A stretch of DNA of 38,453 nucleotides from a virus: IMG/VR virus record IMGVR_UViG_3300029668_000007, one strand, 5' to 3'. A program made the translations under genes and the position numbers. Below, in pieces: positions 29,603-38,261 of the stretch; position 1 is the first letter of the stretch; each line of letters starts with the position of its first letter. The notes beneath the pieces are model-generated. The model did not search any database. It saw only the letters and a program-made list of their open reading frames with translations, and had not been told where the DNA came from.

Positions 29603-31440
29603 TGTATATCTTCGACGCGGCGCGGCGGGTGCGGAAAGTGCTGCCCGGCGGCGTGAGCGAGCTCGTCCACAAAGAGGCGGACTACGAGCTGGAGGCAGAG
29701 GTCACCATGGGCGCGGGCGTGCGCCCGGGGGAATTTCTCGGCTTTAGGTGTGTGGACGGGCGTTTCCGGCTGTTTGAGGTGGACGAGACGGAGGAGGACG
29801 ACCTGCTGGCCGTGACGCGGATCACCGCCACGGACGCGGCGGCGGCGGAACTGACGGAAAAGGTGATCGAACACGTGGAGCTGACGGACAGCGCCCCGGC
29901 GGACGGTGCGGCGGCGCTGCTGGCGGGGACGGCGTGGGAGATCCGGGCCGCCGCTGCCGGGAAGCGGAAAGCCACGCTGACGGTGTACTACCAGACGGCG
30001 TGGGAAGCGCTGCGGGACATGGCGACGGCCTGTGCGGTGCGGGTCGTGCCCTATTACGATTTCAGCGGCGGAGCCATCACGGCCCGCTGCATTGACCTAC
30101 AGGAGATGGAGCCAATTTTCCGGGGCCGTATCTTCGACGGCGCCACCGACGCGGGGAGCGTGTATCTGACCCGGACGGGGAGCCCCTGCACGGTGGCCTA
30201 CGGCGTGGGGAAAGCCACCGGCGAAGGAAACGACCCTACCCGGCTGACCATTGCGGGCGTGACGTGGAGCAAGGCGGGCGGAGATCCGGCGGACAAACCC
30301 TCCGGCCAGACGTGGATCGCCGACGAGGCAGCGCTGGCCAAGTACGGGCGGAAAGAGATGGTCTTCAGCGACCAACAGATCACCGACGCGGCGGAGCTGC
30401 TGGAAAAGACGTGGGAGGCGCTGGAAGCCCAGCGGGAGCCCATCATCGGAGGGACGGCCACCGTCCAAGATATGGAGATGCTGCCCGGTCAGAGCCACCG
30501 TAAGATCCGGCTCTACGATCTGGTGGCGGTCATCACCCGACAGGGGGAGACCTTTACAAGCCAAGTGGTGGACATCGAGCGCGACTACATCCGCCCGGAA
30601 GAGACCAAGATCAAGCTGGGTGCGGAGAAGGACGAGTGGAAAAAGAGCCTGACAAAACAGATCGCCAGCATCAAGAGCGACCTTGCCAAGGCCCGGGGCG
30701 GCGCTGGCCGGGCCGGGAACAGTGCCGAGAAGAATAAGGAGCTGATCGTGGAGAACATGGACTTGATCCGACTCCACACCATCGCCATAAACGAACAGGC
30801 CAACAAGATCAGCGAGACGGAGATCAAGCTGGAAAAGGCCACGGTGCGGATCACGGCCAACGAAAAGATACTAGCCAGCCAAGGAGACCGCCTGAGCAGC
30901 ACGGAGATCCTGCTCAACGGCTCGGATACCACCATCGGCCTTGTGGCCAAGGTGGAAGCCAACAGCGAGGCGATCTCGTCCGCCAACATCCGCATAGACG
31001 GTCAGGCCGCCGAGATCCAACTGAAAGTCTCCAAAAACGGCGTGATCTCTTCTATTAACCAGACCAGCGAGAGTATCACCATCAGCGCCAACAAGGTCAA
31101 CCTCAAGGGGTACGTGACGGCCAGCGACCTGAGCGCGGAAGTGGCCAACATCAACAAGTTTTTCGCGGGGACGGCTCAAGCCCAGCGGATGGACATCAAC
31201 AATCTGACGACACAGACCTTTCAGGCGACCAACGTGTCGCTTATCAACTACGATTGCGGATGGAAAACCAAGACCTTTGTGACAGGCGTATCGTTCCCAC
31301 GCTACGTGGAGGGAACGATCTACTACAAAGACCAGAGTGGGAACAATGCCCACATGACCGTACTCACCCCCAAAAAGAACTCCAACGGGAGCGTGTCATC
31401 CAAAGAAGTTGTGTATCTAGGGAGGGCCATAGACGACTGA
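29593..31440 (+). CDS. Tail-associated protein (Tal / prophage tail endopeptidase-like), 615 aa, with C-terminal coiled coil
   Basis: ATG 29593 overlaps the Dit stop. Its position after Dit fits, and residues ~400-520 have a heptad-rich repeat region. Confidence 0.7.
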   Translation: MDVVYIFDAARRVRKVLPGGVSELVHKEADYELEAEVTMGAGVRPGEFLGFRCVDGRFRLFEVDETEEDDLLAVTRITATDAAAAELTEKVIEHVELTDSAPADGAAALLAGTAWEIRAAAAGKRKATLTVYYQTAWEALRDMATACAVRVVPYYDFSGGAITARCIDLQEMEPIFRGRIFDGATDAGSVYLTRTGSPCTVAYGVGKATGEGNDPTRLTIAGVTWSKAGGDPADKPSGQTWIADEAALAKYGRKEMVFSDQQITDAAELLEKTWEALEAQREPIIGGTATVQDMEMLPGQSHRKIRLYDLVAVITRQGETFTSQVVDIERDYIRPEETKIKLGAEKDEWKKSLTKQIASIKSDLAKARGGAGRAGNSAEKNKELIVENMDLIRLHTIAINEQANKISETEIKLEKATVRITANEKILASQGDRLSSTEILLNGSDTTIGLVAKVEANSEAISSANIRIDGQAAEIQLKVSKNGVISSINQTSESITISANKVNLKGYVTASDLSAEVANINKFFAGTAQAQRMDINNLTTQTFQATNVSLINYDCGWKTKTFVTGVSFPRYVEGTIYYKDQSGNNAHMTVLTPKKNSNGSVSSKEVVYLGRAIDD

Positions 31441-31595
31441 TGAAAGAGATCATTGAGAACGTCATCCAAGCGCTGAACAAGGTGGACACCCACGGGGAAA
31501 ACAGTCTCAACTACCTGCTGGCCAGCATCCAGACATTGCGGGAGCTGCTGAAAACCATAACGGAGGCGAGCCAAAATGAAAATCAAAACGAGTAA
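31440..31595 (+). CDS. Hypothetical small protein (51 aa)
   Basis: The start is ATGA-coupled to the Tal stop. The product begins MKEIIENVIQALNKVDTHGENSLNYLLASIQTLRELLK. Confidence 0.45.
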   Translation: MKEIIENVIQALNKVDTHGENSLNYLLASIQTLRELLKTITEASQNENQNE

Positions 31596-31833
31596 GGGAC
31601 ACGAATACGAAGCGGCCTATCTGGGCGGGCCAACACAGCTCGGAGACCTCGTGATGCTCCAATACGCGGACGGGCGGCGGCTGCCGGAGATCGCCGCGGA
31701 GTTTGACGGGCTGGACTGGTTGGAGCGGATCGACGAGAATCAGGGAAACAAGCACTTCGCGGGCTACTCCCGGCTCAACGGGATCAGCCGAAACGGCGGG
31801 AACGTGCTGGTCGAGCTGGCGAAGGAGGGATGA
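31576..31833 (+). CDS. Hypothetical tail-module protein (85 aa)
   Basis: GGAGG lies 9 nt upstream and composition is coding-like. Confidence 0.6.
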   Translation: MKIKTSKGHEYEAAYLGGPTQLGDLVMLQYADGRRLPEIAAEFDGLDWLERIDENQGNKHFAGYSRLNGISRNGGNVLVELAKEG

Positions 31834-31835
31834 CC

Positions 31836-33122
31836 ATGGCGGAGAGCGTTGCGCGGGTAGCACGGTATGAGATCGAGCTGAACGATCCGCTGGTCAACCT
31901 CAACGTGCCGGGGCTGCTCGTCCAGAACGACAAGCTGGCGGACACGGTGGTGCTGGCCGTCACCAAGGGCGGACAGGCGGCGACCCTGACCGGGGCGACG
32001 GCATTCGGCGAGTTCGAACGCCCTGTGGACGGGGCGAAGATCCGCTGCGCCGGGACAGTCAGCGGCGGGACGATCACCATCCCCCTGTTGGATCAGTGCT
32101 ACAAGTACGCCGGGAGCTTCGTCCTCATCATCCGCTGTAACGACGGGAGCCGGGAGCGGAGCCTGATGCGGCTGTCCGGCTATGTCGAGCGGGGCGGCGA
32201 CGGCGTTATCATCGACCCAAGCGGCTCCATCCCAAGCTACGGCGATCTGGAACAGGCCATCGCCAACTGTAACGCCGCGGCGGCTGCGGCCACGGCGGCG
32301 AAAAATGAACTCCTACAGGCCAAGGCGGACGGCGAGTTCACCGGCCCTCAAGGGCCTCAAGGCCCCACCGGCCCACAGGGAGCGACCGGCCCACAGGGAG
32401 CGACGGGCGCGACCCCAAACCTCACCATGGGGACGGTGACCACCGGCGCGCCGGGGACACAGGCCAGCGCCAGCTTCAGCGGGACGGCGGAGGAGCCGGT
32501 GCTGAATCTGGTGATTCCACGGGGCGACACGGGCGCGGTGGACGGTGTGGACTACTACGAGGGTACGCCGGAGGCGCTGGGGACAGCGTCGCCCGGTACG
32601 GCCAACGGGCTGTCGCGCGGTAACCACGTCCACCCAATGCCGACGGCGGATCAGATCCCGGTCGCGTCCGGGGAGAGTCAGACAGTGGGAGCCAGCCTGA
32701 CAATCATCAAAGATACCGTGGCCGCCAAGGTAGCCACGGTGAATGGAAAAAGCCCGGAGAACGGCGTGGTCACGTTGGGCGCGGCGGATATCGCCGCCGA
32801 AGACGGGAAAACGGTACAGGCCAAGCTGGCGGCGCTGGAGGCGCGGCCACAGGGCGGAGCCACCGAACATACCGCCACCCTGACGGCGGTGGGCTGGACG
32901 GGCGACAGCGCCCCCTACACCCAGACCGTGACCGTGACGGGGCTGGCGGCGGACGCTCACCTGATCGTGGGCCTCGCGCCGGCGGTGACGGCGGAGGAGA
33001 TGGAAGCGGCTGCTGCCGCTATGCTGCTAGCCACGGGTCAGGCGGCGGGAAGTATCACCATCAGCGCCTTTGGCGACAAGCCGGAGGCGGCGCTGCCGAT
33101 CCTCATCATGGAGGTGGGCTGA
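31836..33122 (+). CDS. Tail fibre / baseplate upper protein (BppU-N-like) with collagen-like repeat (428 aa)
   Basis: ATG 31836 lies 7 nt after GGAGG, with an alternative at 31830. There are eight G-X-Y triplets mid-protein and an A/T/G-rich C-terminal region. Confidence 0.7.
   Translation: MAESVARVARYEIELNDPLVNLNVPGLLVQNDKLADTVVLAVTKGGQAATLTGATAFGEFERPVDGAKIRCAGTVSGGTITIPLLDQCYKYAGSFVLIIRCNDGSRERSLMRLSGYVERGGDGVIIDPSGSIPSYGDLEQAIANCNAAAAAATAAKNELLQAKADGEFTGPQGPQGPTGPQGATGPQGATGATPNLTMGTVTTGAPGTQASASFSGTAEEPVLNLVIPRGDTGAVDGVDYYEGTPEALGTASPGTANGLSRGNHVHPMPTADQIPVASGESQTVGASLTIIKDTVAAKVATVNGKSPENGVVTLGAADIAAEDGKTVQAKLAALEARPQGGATEHTATLTAVGWTGDSAPYTQTVTVTGLAADAHLIVGLAPAVTAEEMEAAAAAMLLATGQAAGSITISAFGDKPEAALPILIMEVG
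32343..32414 (+). repeat. Collagen-like G-X-Y x8 coding repeat (GPQGPQGPTGPQGATGPQGATGAT)
   Basis: Read from the translation. The nucleotide unit GGCCCACAGGGAGCGAC occurs twice. Confidence 0.9.
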
Positions 33123-33123
33123 C

Positions 33124-33906
33124 ATGGGCATTATCAGCTATTTCCCCGGCGGGAGTGCGGGCGGCGGAACGGGGCTGCCGGAGTACACGTACACAGGTAA
33201 CGCCTCCTTGATCGACGACGGGGACGGAAACTGGCGGATCAAGTTTCTGACAAGCGGCGTATTGACCTTTACCAAGCTAGGGAGCGCTAAGGGCGGCCTT
33301 GACGTGTTCCTCGTTGGTGGCGGCTGCGCAGGCGGAAGCGGCAACTGGGACGCGAACAACGGCTACGGCAAGGCGGGCAGCGGTGGTTACACCAAAACCC
33401 AGAAGGGCGTTCAGGCGGCTGTGAACACGGCCTACAACATCGTGATCGGCGCGGGCGGGCAAAGCGCCTTTGCGTCTGGCGGAAGCACCAGCGCCCTTGG
33501 CGTGACAGCGAACGGCGGTACGAAGCTGGGAGGCGGCAGCGGCGGCGGCGCTTATGGCAATAATCAGGTGAACAACGGCGGCTCCAATGGCGGCAACGGA
33601 GACCCGCAGGACGCCGCCAACATCGGCATTGACAGTTGGGGTTCCCCCGGTAAGGGACAGGGGACGACCACGCGGGAGTTCGGCGAGAGCACCGGCACCC
33701 TCTACGCGGGCGGCGGTGGAGCTGGCGGAAACGGCTCCGCACAGGCCAAGGGCGGCAGCGGTGGCGGCGGCAACGGAGCGTGGAACGGAAACCAGCCCAC
33801 CAGCGGCGCGGCCAACACCGGCGGCGGTGGGGGCGGAATGTACTACGGCCTTACCACCCTCGGCAAGGGCGGAAGTGGAATTGTCGTGATTCGCAACCAC
33901 AGATAA
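33124..33906 (+). CDS. Glycine-rich tail fibre-associated protein (260 aa)
   Basis: ATG 33124 follows the previous stop directly. Long GGxGG tracts and a terminal GGSGIVVIR are typical of phage glycine-rich domain proteins. Confidence 0.65.
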   Translation: MGIISYFPGGSAGGGTGLPEYTYTGNASLIDDGDGNWRIKFLTSGVLTFTKLGSAKGGLDVFLVGGGCAGGSGNWDANNGYGKAGSGGYTKTQKGVQAAVNTAYNIVIGAGGQSAFASGGSTSALGVTANGGTKLGGGSGGGAYGNNQVNNGGSNGGNGDPQDAANIGIDSWGSPGKGQGTTTREFGESTGTLYAGGGGAGGNGSAQAKGGSGGGGNGAWNGNQPTSGAANTGGGGGGMYYGLTTLGKGGSGIVVIRNHR

Positions 33907-33918
33907 GGAGCGAAAAGC

Positions 33919-34185
33919 ATGAACGAAATGAATTATGCCGTGGTGGAAAACGGAACGGTGACGAACATCATCTGGCTGTATCCCGGCAATGCATCGGACT
34001 TCCCGGTGGCTGTGCCCTGTGGGGACTTGCCCGTGGCCATCGGGGACACCTACGACGGCGAACACTTCTACCGGGCCGGGGAGCGCGTGCTGACAGCCCT
34101 TGAACAGGCCCAGAAGGACGCGGAGGACATGCAGGCGGCGCTCGAGCTACTGGGCGTCAACAGCGAAACGGAGGAAGCAGAATAA
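33919..34185 (+). CDS. Hypothetical protein (88 aa)
   Basis: AAGGAG lies 8 nt upstream and composition is coding-like. Confidence 0.6.
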   Translation: MNEMNYAVVENGTVTNIIWLYPGNASDFPVAVPCGDLPVAIGDTYDGEHFYRAGERVLTALEQAQKDAEDMQAALELLGVNSETEEAE

Positions 34186-34436
34186 TGCAGGAACGTGCAA
34201 AACAGATCGTGGTGGACTACTTTAACTCTCACCTGGAAAAAACGGACGGAAAGCAAATCGGCCTTGAAGATGTGCATGTAGTGTGGTTTTGCAAAACGTT
34301 ACAAAATTGGAAAGCTCTGCTGAGTACCAACGTCCGCGACGGGGTATATTACGAAATCACCCACAACGGAGACAAAAACGAGACCTACGTGGACGTATAC
34401 AAGAAGTGGGAGAACTACGCCGTAAGGGAGGACTGA
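34185..34436 (+). CDS. Hypothetical protein (83 aa)
   Basis: GGAGGAAG lies upstream and the start overlaps the previous stop (TAATG). Confidence 0.6.
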   Translation: MQERAKQIVVDYFNSHLEKTDGKQIGLEDVHVVWFCKTLQNWKALLSTNVRDGVYYEITHNGDKNETYVDVYKKWENYAVRED

Positions 34437-34438
34437 CC

Positions 34439-34855
34439 ATGGGCAAATACTACGACGCGGCGCTGGTACTGCGGGGGATCATGGACAAGGCCGGGGCCAT
34501 GCTGACGGACGAACAGGCCTTGAAGGTGACCGCCCTGTATCCACTGTGGGACGCTGCGAAGACCTACGCCGTGGGCGACCGCGTGCGGTACGCTGGCAAT
34601 CTGTACCGCTGCTTGCAGCCTCACACGGCGCAGGAAACGTGGAATCCTGCCGATGCTCCTTCCCTATGGGCCAAGGTGCTGACCAGCGAGACCGGCGAAA
34701 TCCTGCCATGGGTACAGCCGGACAGCACCAACCCATACGCCAAGGGCGACAAGGTGACGCACAACGGCAAGACGTGGGAAAGCCTTGTGGACAATAACGT
34801 TTGGGAGCCGGGTGCAGTCGGAACGGAAAGTCTGTGGAAGGAAGTGGCGGCATGA
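34439..34855 (+). CDS. Carbohydrate-binding protein with two CBM5/12-like repeats (138 aa)
   Basis: The two repeats are YAVGDRVRYAGNLYRCLQPHTAQETWNPADAPSLW and YAKGDKVTHNGKTWESLVDNNVWEPG...SLW. Confidence 0.6.
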   Translation: MGKYYDAALVLRGIMDKAGAMLTDEQALKVTALYPLWDAAKTYAVGDRVRYAGNLYRCLQPHTAQETWNPADAPSLWAKVLTSETGEILPWVQPDSTNPYAKGDKVTHNGKTWESLVDNNVWEPGAVGTESLWKEVAA

Positions 34856-34941
34856 TCGGCTTTGTGGTCGGATTTGTGGTCGGCGGGATCGTCGGCTTTG
34901 TGGTGGCCGCGCTGCTGGCGGCGGGAAGGAGCGAGCTATGA
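34852..34941 (+). CDS. Micro-ORF encoding a 29-aa single-TM peptide
   Basis: It is too short for the ORF track. The product is MIGFVVGFVVGGIVGFVVAALLAAGRSEL. It is ATGA-coupled at both ends, to the CBM protein and to the endolysin. Confidence 0.45.
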   Translation: MIGFVVGFVVGGIVGFVVAALLAAGRSEL

Positions 34942-35651
34942 CCGGCGAGAGAGCCGCTGCCTTCGCCCGGTCGAAGATCGGACAGGGGTATATCTACGGG
35001 GCCAGAGGACAGACGTGTTCAGCGGCCTTCCGGCGGCAGCAGGCCCATCAGTATCCAGATCAGGCCCAGAATATCCTCGTCACCGGGGCCAAGTGGGACG
35101 GGCGGCCCGTGTGGGACTGCGCCCAGCTGACCCGCTTTGCCGCCAAGGCGGCGGGGGTGGAGCTGCCCAGCGGGGCCACCAGCCAGTGGCGCAAGGCCCC
35201 GTGGAAGCGCAAGGGCACCATAGACACCCTGCCGGAGGGCGAAGTGGTGTACCTGTACCGCCAGAAAGGCTCCATCATGCAGCATACCGGCCTTGCGCTG
35301 GGGGACGGCACCTGCGTCCATGCCCGGGGCACGGCCTACGGCGTGGTGCATCAGCCGGTCAGGGATTACCCGTGGACGCACTGGGCCAGCCCGTGGGAGG
35401 CGGAGAGCGCTCCCCTGCCGGTGGAACCCATCGACCACATGACGGAGGCCACCGTGTACGCGGAAAACGGTCTGCCGGTGAAGCTGAGGAATAAGCCCAG
35501 TCAGGGCGAGAACCTGTACTGGCACGTGCGGAGCGACACGCCCGCCACCATCCGCCAGCCGGGCGAAGAATGGTCACAGATCACGGCGCTATGCACCGAC
35601 GGAATCCGCCGCACCGGCTGGATGATGTCGCGATTTTTGGTACAAGAATGA
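34938..35651 (+). CDS. Endolysin: NlpC/P60 peptidase plus SH3-like C-terminal domain (237 aa)
   Basis: The catalytic Cys context is WDCAQLTRF and the His context is HTGLALGDGTCVHA. The C-terminal beta-rich domain ends in GWMMSRFL. Confidence 0.8.
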   Translation: MTGERAAAFARSKIGQGYIYGARGQTCSAAFRRQQAHQYPDQAQNILVTGAKWDGRPVWDCAQLTRFAAKAAGVELPSGATSQWRKAPWKRKGTIDTLPEGEVVYLYRQKGSIMQHTGLALGDGTCVHARGTAYGVVHQPVRDYPWTHWASPWEAESAPLPVEPIDHMTEATVYAENGLPVKLRNKPSQGENLYWHVRSDTPATIRQPGEEWSQITALCTDGIRRTGWMMSRFLVQE

Positions 35652-35702
35652 AACTTTGTGCCATTAAATCACGAAAATGCGAAACTTTGTACCGTTAAAT
35701 CA
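35650..35702. repeat. Two 22-bp direct repeats GAAACTTTGT(G/A)CC(A/G)TTAAATCA (35650-35671, 35681-35702)
   Basis: Read directly. They match at 20 of 22 positions, have a 31-bp start-to-start spacing, and lie in an A/T-rich gap after the endolysin gene. Confidence 0.85.
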
Positions 35703-35744
35703 AAAAAATGTGGAATTTATTGCCGGAAAGGGGGTGAAAACGAA

Positions 35745-36047
35745 ATGACTACCAGCGAAATCATCTCCTTTGCGGCCATGATCGTCGCCCTGCTGATGCT
35801 GATCCTCACAGGCCGCCGGGACACGAGGGGCGGAGCGTCCGAGCAGGGCGAGGTCAAGAGCACCCTCAGGGGTATCGCTAACGGAGTGGACGACATCCGC
35901 GTGGAGCAGCGGGCCATGCGGAACGATATCGTCAACCTCTCCGTCCGGGTGGGGAAGGTGGAAGAAAGCGCGAAATCCGCCCACCACAGGATCGACGCGC
36001 ACGAAACAAGGCTGAACAAGTTGGAAAGCGAGGAACAGAAAAAATGA
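35745..36047 (+). CDS. N-terminal TM plus coiled-coil lysis-module protein (100 aa), holin/XhlA-like
   Basis: GGGGGTGA lies upstream. The TM segment is IISFAAMIVALLMLILTG, followed by heptad-like repeats. Confidence 0.55.
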   Translation: MTTSEIISFAAMIVALLMLILTGRRDTRGGASEQGEVKSTLRGIANGVDDIRVEQRAMRNDIVNLSVRVGKVEESAKSAHHRIDAHETRLNKLESEEQKK

Positions 36048-36496
36048 GGAAGATCATGGTGTGGATGCTGGCACTGGTGCTCCTGCTCACGCCCGTCTGG
36101 GCGCTGGCGGAGGAAAGCATCCTGAAACAGGTGGACTGGACGCAGGTGGTCGTCTCCATCATCGGCGCACTGGCGGCGGCTATGTCCGCCCTGCTGGCGA
36201 GAGTATGGACGCGCTACGTGCGCCCGTGGCTGGAAAAGCGGGATATGATCGACGCGGCGAAGATCGCCGTGGAAGCCGCGGAAGCCATGCTGGGCCGGTA
36301 TCTTGGGGAAGACAAATGGGCATATGCGTTGAACAGAATGAAAGATATGGGATTTAACATCGAATCGGAGGTCGTGCTGGACGCGCTGAAAGCCGCATGG
36401 AAACAGCTCGATTTGAAGCAGCTCGCCTCTGGGGAGAAGACGAAACCGCCTGAAGAATCCTCCGCTGCCGATCCTGCCGAGGCTGCGGAGGGCTAA
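36044..36496 (+). CDS. Putative holin / membrane protein (150 aa), LL-H-family-like by recollection
   Basis: Two hydrophobic segments (MVWMLALVLLLTPVWAL and VVVSIIGALAAAMSALLA) are followed by AAKIAVEAAEAMLG...KWAYA. Confidence 0.5.
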   Translation: MRKIMVWMLALVLLLTPVWALAEESILKQVDWTQVVVSIIGALAAAMSALLARVWTRYVRPWLEKRDMIDAAKIAVEAAEAMLGRYLGEDKWAYALNRMKDMGFNIESEVVLDALKAAWKQLDLKQLASGEKTKPPEESSAADPAEAAEG

Positions 36497-36499
36497 CCC

Positions 36500-36694
36500 A
36501 TGGAGCACGGGCGGCAGGATTACGAGAGGGTCATTGATCTGTGGGTGCGCTCAGAGCGTGACCGCAGGGCGCTGAAACGTAAATACCTCGACGGCATCTG
36601 CTACGAGCAGATCGCCGACGAGCTCGGAATCAGCCCTAGAACCGTGCAGAACATCGTCAACAGGTGGCGGGGAACAGTAGAGCGCCACCTATAA
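36500..36694 (+). CDS. Small sigma-70 region-4-type HTH protein (64 aa)
   Basis: GGAGGG lies 7 nt upstream. The motif is RRALKRKYLDGICYEQIADELGISPRTVQNIVNRW. Confidence 0.6.
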   Translation: MEHGRQDYERVIDLWVRSERDRRALKRKYLDGICYEQIADELGISPRTVQNIVNRWRGTVERHL

Positions 36695-36700
36695 AAACAA

Positions 36701-36730
36701 ACGCCGGGGATTATTCCCCGGCGTTTTTTT
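36701..36730. terminator. Bidirectional intrinsic terminator between the late operon and cassette P3
   Basis: ACGCCGGGGA-TTAT-TCCCCGGCGT is flanked by an A-run upstream and T7 downstream. The stop codon of the minus-strand HTH gene lies in the loop. Confidence 0.85.
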
Positions 36731-36944
36731 GCTGCATTAAATCGTCCATCTGACACCCAAGCGTCTGCGCCATCAGGCTCAGCGCGTGGGAGGAAGGAGA
36801 ACAAAACCCGTGCTCCCATCGGGAGATCGCCAGCGGCTTGCATCCGACTGCTTCCGCCAGCTGGGCTTGGGTCAGCCCGGCGGCGATACGGGCGGCGGCG
36901 ATGGGACTTTGTGCGCCACGGGCGCGGGGACTAGTTCTGGCCAT
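36711..36944 (-). CDS. XRE-family HTH protein (77 aa), last gene of cassette P3
   Basis: ATG 36944 lies after AAGGAGGAAUCCC. The HTH reads LTQAQLAEAVGCKPLAISRWEHG. Confidence 0.75.
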   Translation of the reverse strand: MARTSPRARGAQSPIAAARIAAGLTQAQLAEAVGCKPLAISRWEHGFCSPSSHALSLMAQTLGCQMDDLMQQKNAGE

Positions 36945-38055
36945 GGGATTCCTCCTTTTTTTGCTTTGCGCGGCGATTGCGGTAGTAGAGCCTGTTGTAT
37001 GCATTATCATATAGACCGGCACAAACATCGAGCCACTGCCCGCTGCTCATTGCCGATAATAGGGCGGATGGGTCAACGTTGGGGAGTACCGTCCAGCCGC
37101 GGAAGGCTTGAGCCGTAGAGAGCGCGCTGGCGGCAGAATTGACGTTGGGAAACTCCTCCGGGTGCTCCCGGAGAAACTGTCGAACGTTGGTGACCTCGTA
37201 AATATGGCCGTCCGGCGAGCGGAGGCGGAAGAACTTGCGGATCCTTGAGGGGGTCGGGTAGTCCACATGGCCGTCCAACGTCTCCCGGGAAACCACCTGC
37301 CACCCGGCAGTGCCGCCGTTTTTATAAAGGAGTAGGATCGCGGTCTTGGGCTTGGGAAAATAACCCGGATGATCGTCCATAAACGCCTGAAGGTTGTCCG
37401 TCTTGTAGTACTCGCCTTTTGGGGAGCGGAGCACCCAACGCCTGTATTGAGGTTTAGCCTTGGCGGGATCATTTTTTCGCTCCGCTTCCGCTTTCCGCCG
37501 ACATTCCATCGAGCAATAAAGGCGCTGGTGTTTATTGAGCTCACAGCCGCATACCTCACATACACGGACGCGGCTTTCGACGGCTTTTTTGTAGACTTCC
37601 GCCCGGATGGGTCTGCGCCTTTCGTTGATCGCGTCTTTGTTCTGTTTATAGCGCCGGAGAGCGTCCTTTTTCCAGATCTCCTTAGCACAGGCGGGACAGT
37701 AACGCTGGAGGCCGCCCTCCACGATATACTCCGCGCCACAGCGCTCACAGCGCGACACGCTGCCGATCTGCCGCGCGTGCCCTGCCTTTTTGCGTTGATA
37801 ATGCTCCGCATTATGTTTGCGGTCAGCTTCCGCCTGACACTCCGGGCAGCGGTAGGAGCGCGGGTAGCCGTAAAAGGTGGAGCCACAGTCGGCGCATACT
37901 TTCGGCTTCGGCTGCTGGTGGTTGCCGGGAAGCTTCCCCAGCTGGGCCCGTGCGGCCTTCTCACGCTGGCCCAGCGCGACCTGCCGACACTGCGGCGAAC
38001 AGTAAAAGCGGTGGCGGCCGGTGAGTTCCCGGCCACACACCTCACACACTTTCAT
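36931..38055 (-). CDS. Multi-zinc-ribbon protein with two tandem C-terminal DNA-binding-like modules (374 aa)
   Basis: There are four CxxC...CxxC units, two of the form CEVCG...(F/L)YCSxxCR. The duplicated module reads LRSP(K/D)G..Y.(K/V)T(D/N)... F(M/L).(D/E)HP..FP. The start overlaps the upstream stop. Confidence 0.7.
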   Translation of the reverse strand: MKVCEVCGRELTGRHRFYCSPQCRQVALGQREKAARAQLGKLPGNHQQPKPKVCADCGSTFYGYPRSYRCPECQAEADRKHNAEHYQRKKAGHARQIGSVSRCERCGAEYIVEGGLQRYCPACAKEIWKKDALRRYKQNKDAINERRRPIRAEVYKKAVESRVRVCEVCGCELNKHQRLYCSMECRRKAEAERKNDPAKAKPQYRRWVLRSPKGEYYKTDNLQAFMDDHPGYFPKPKTAILLLYKNGGTAGWQVVSRETLDGHVDYPTPSRIRKFFRLRSPDGHIYEVTNVRQFLREHPEEFPNVNSAASALSTAQAFRGWTVLPNVDPSALLSAMSSGQWLDVCAGLYDNAYNRLYYRNRRAKQKKEESHGQN

Positions 38056-38261
38056 CAGATCCTCGAGCCTTCCCGGACGATGATCTCATCCTGACAATAA
38101 TCATCATCCGTGGTACACACGGCGATGCGGACTTCCAGCCCGTCGTTCTCGGCCTTTTTTGCTTCCTGCCGGGCCATGCGGAGCGCCTCGCGCTTCACGG
38201 TGCTGCCGTTATCGGAGGCGTAGTTGCTGCCGACCTGTACCGCGTACCAATTCCTGCTCAT
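38055..38261 (-). CDS. Hypothetical small protein (68 aa), first gene of cassette P3
   Basis: ATG 38261 lies 9 nt after AGGAG in the diverged leader copy. Confidence 0.65.
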   Translation of the reverse strand: MSRNWYAVQVGSNYASDNGSTVKREALRMARQEAKKAENDGLEVRIAVCTTDDDYCQDEIIVREGSRI

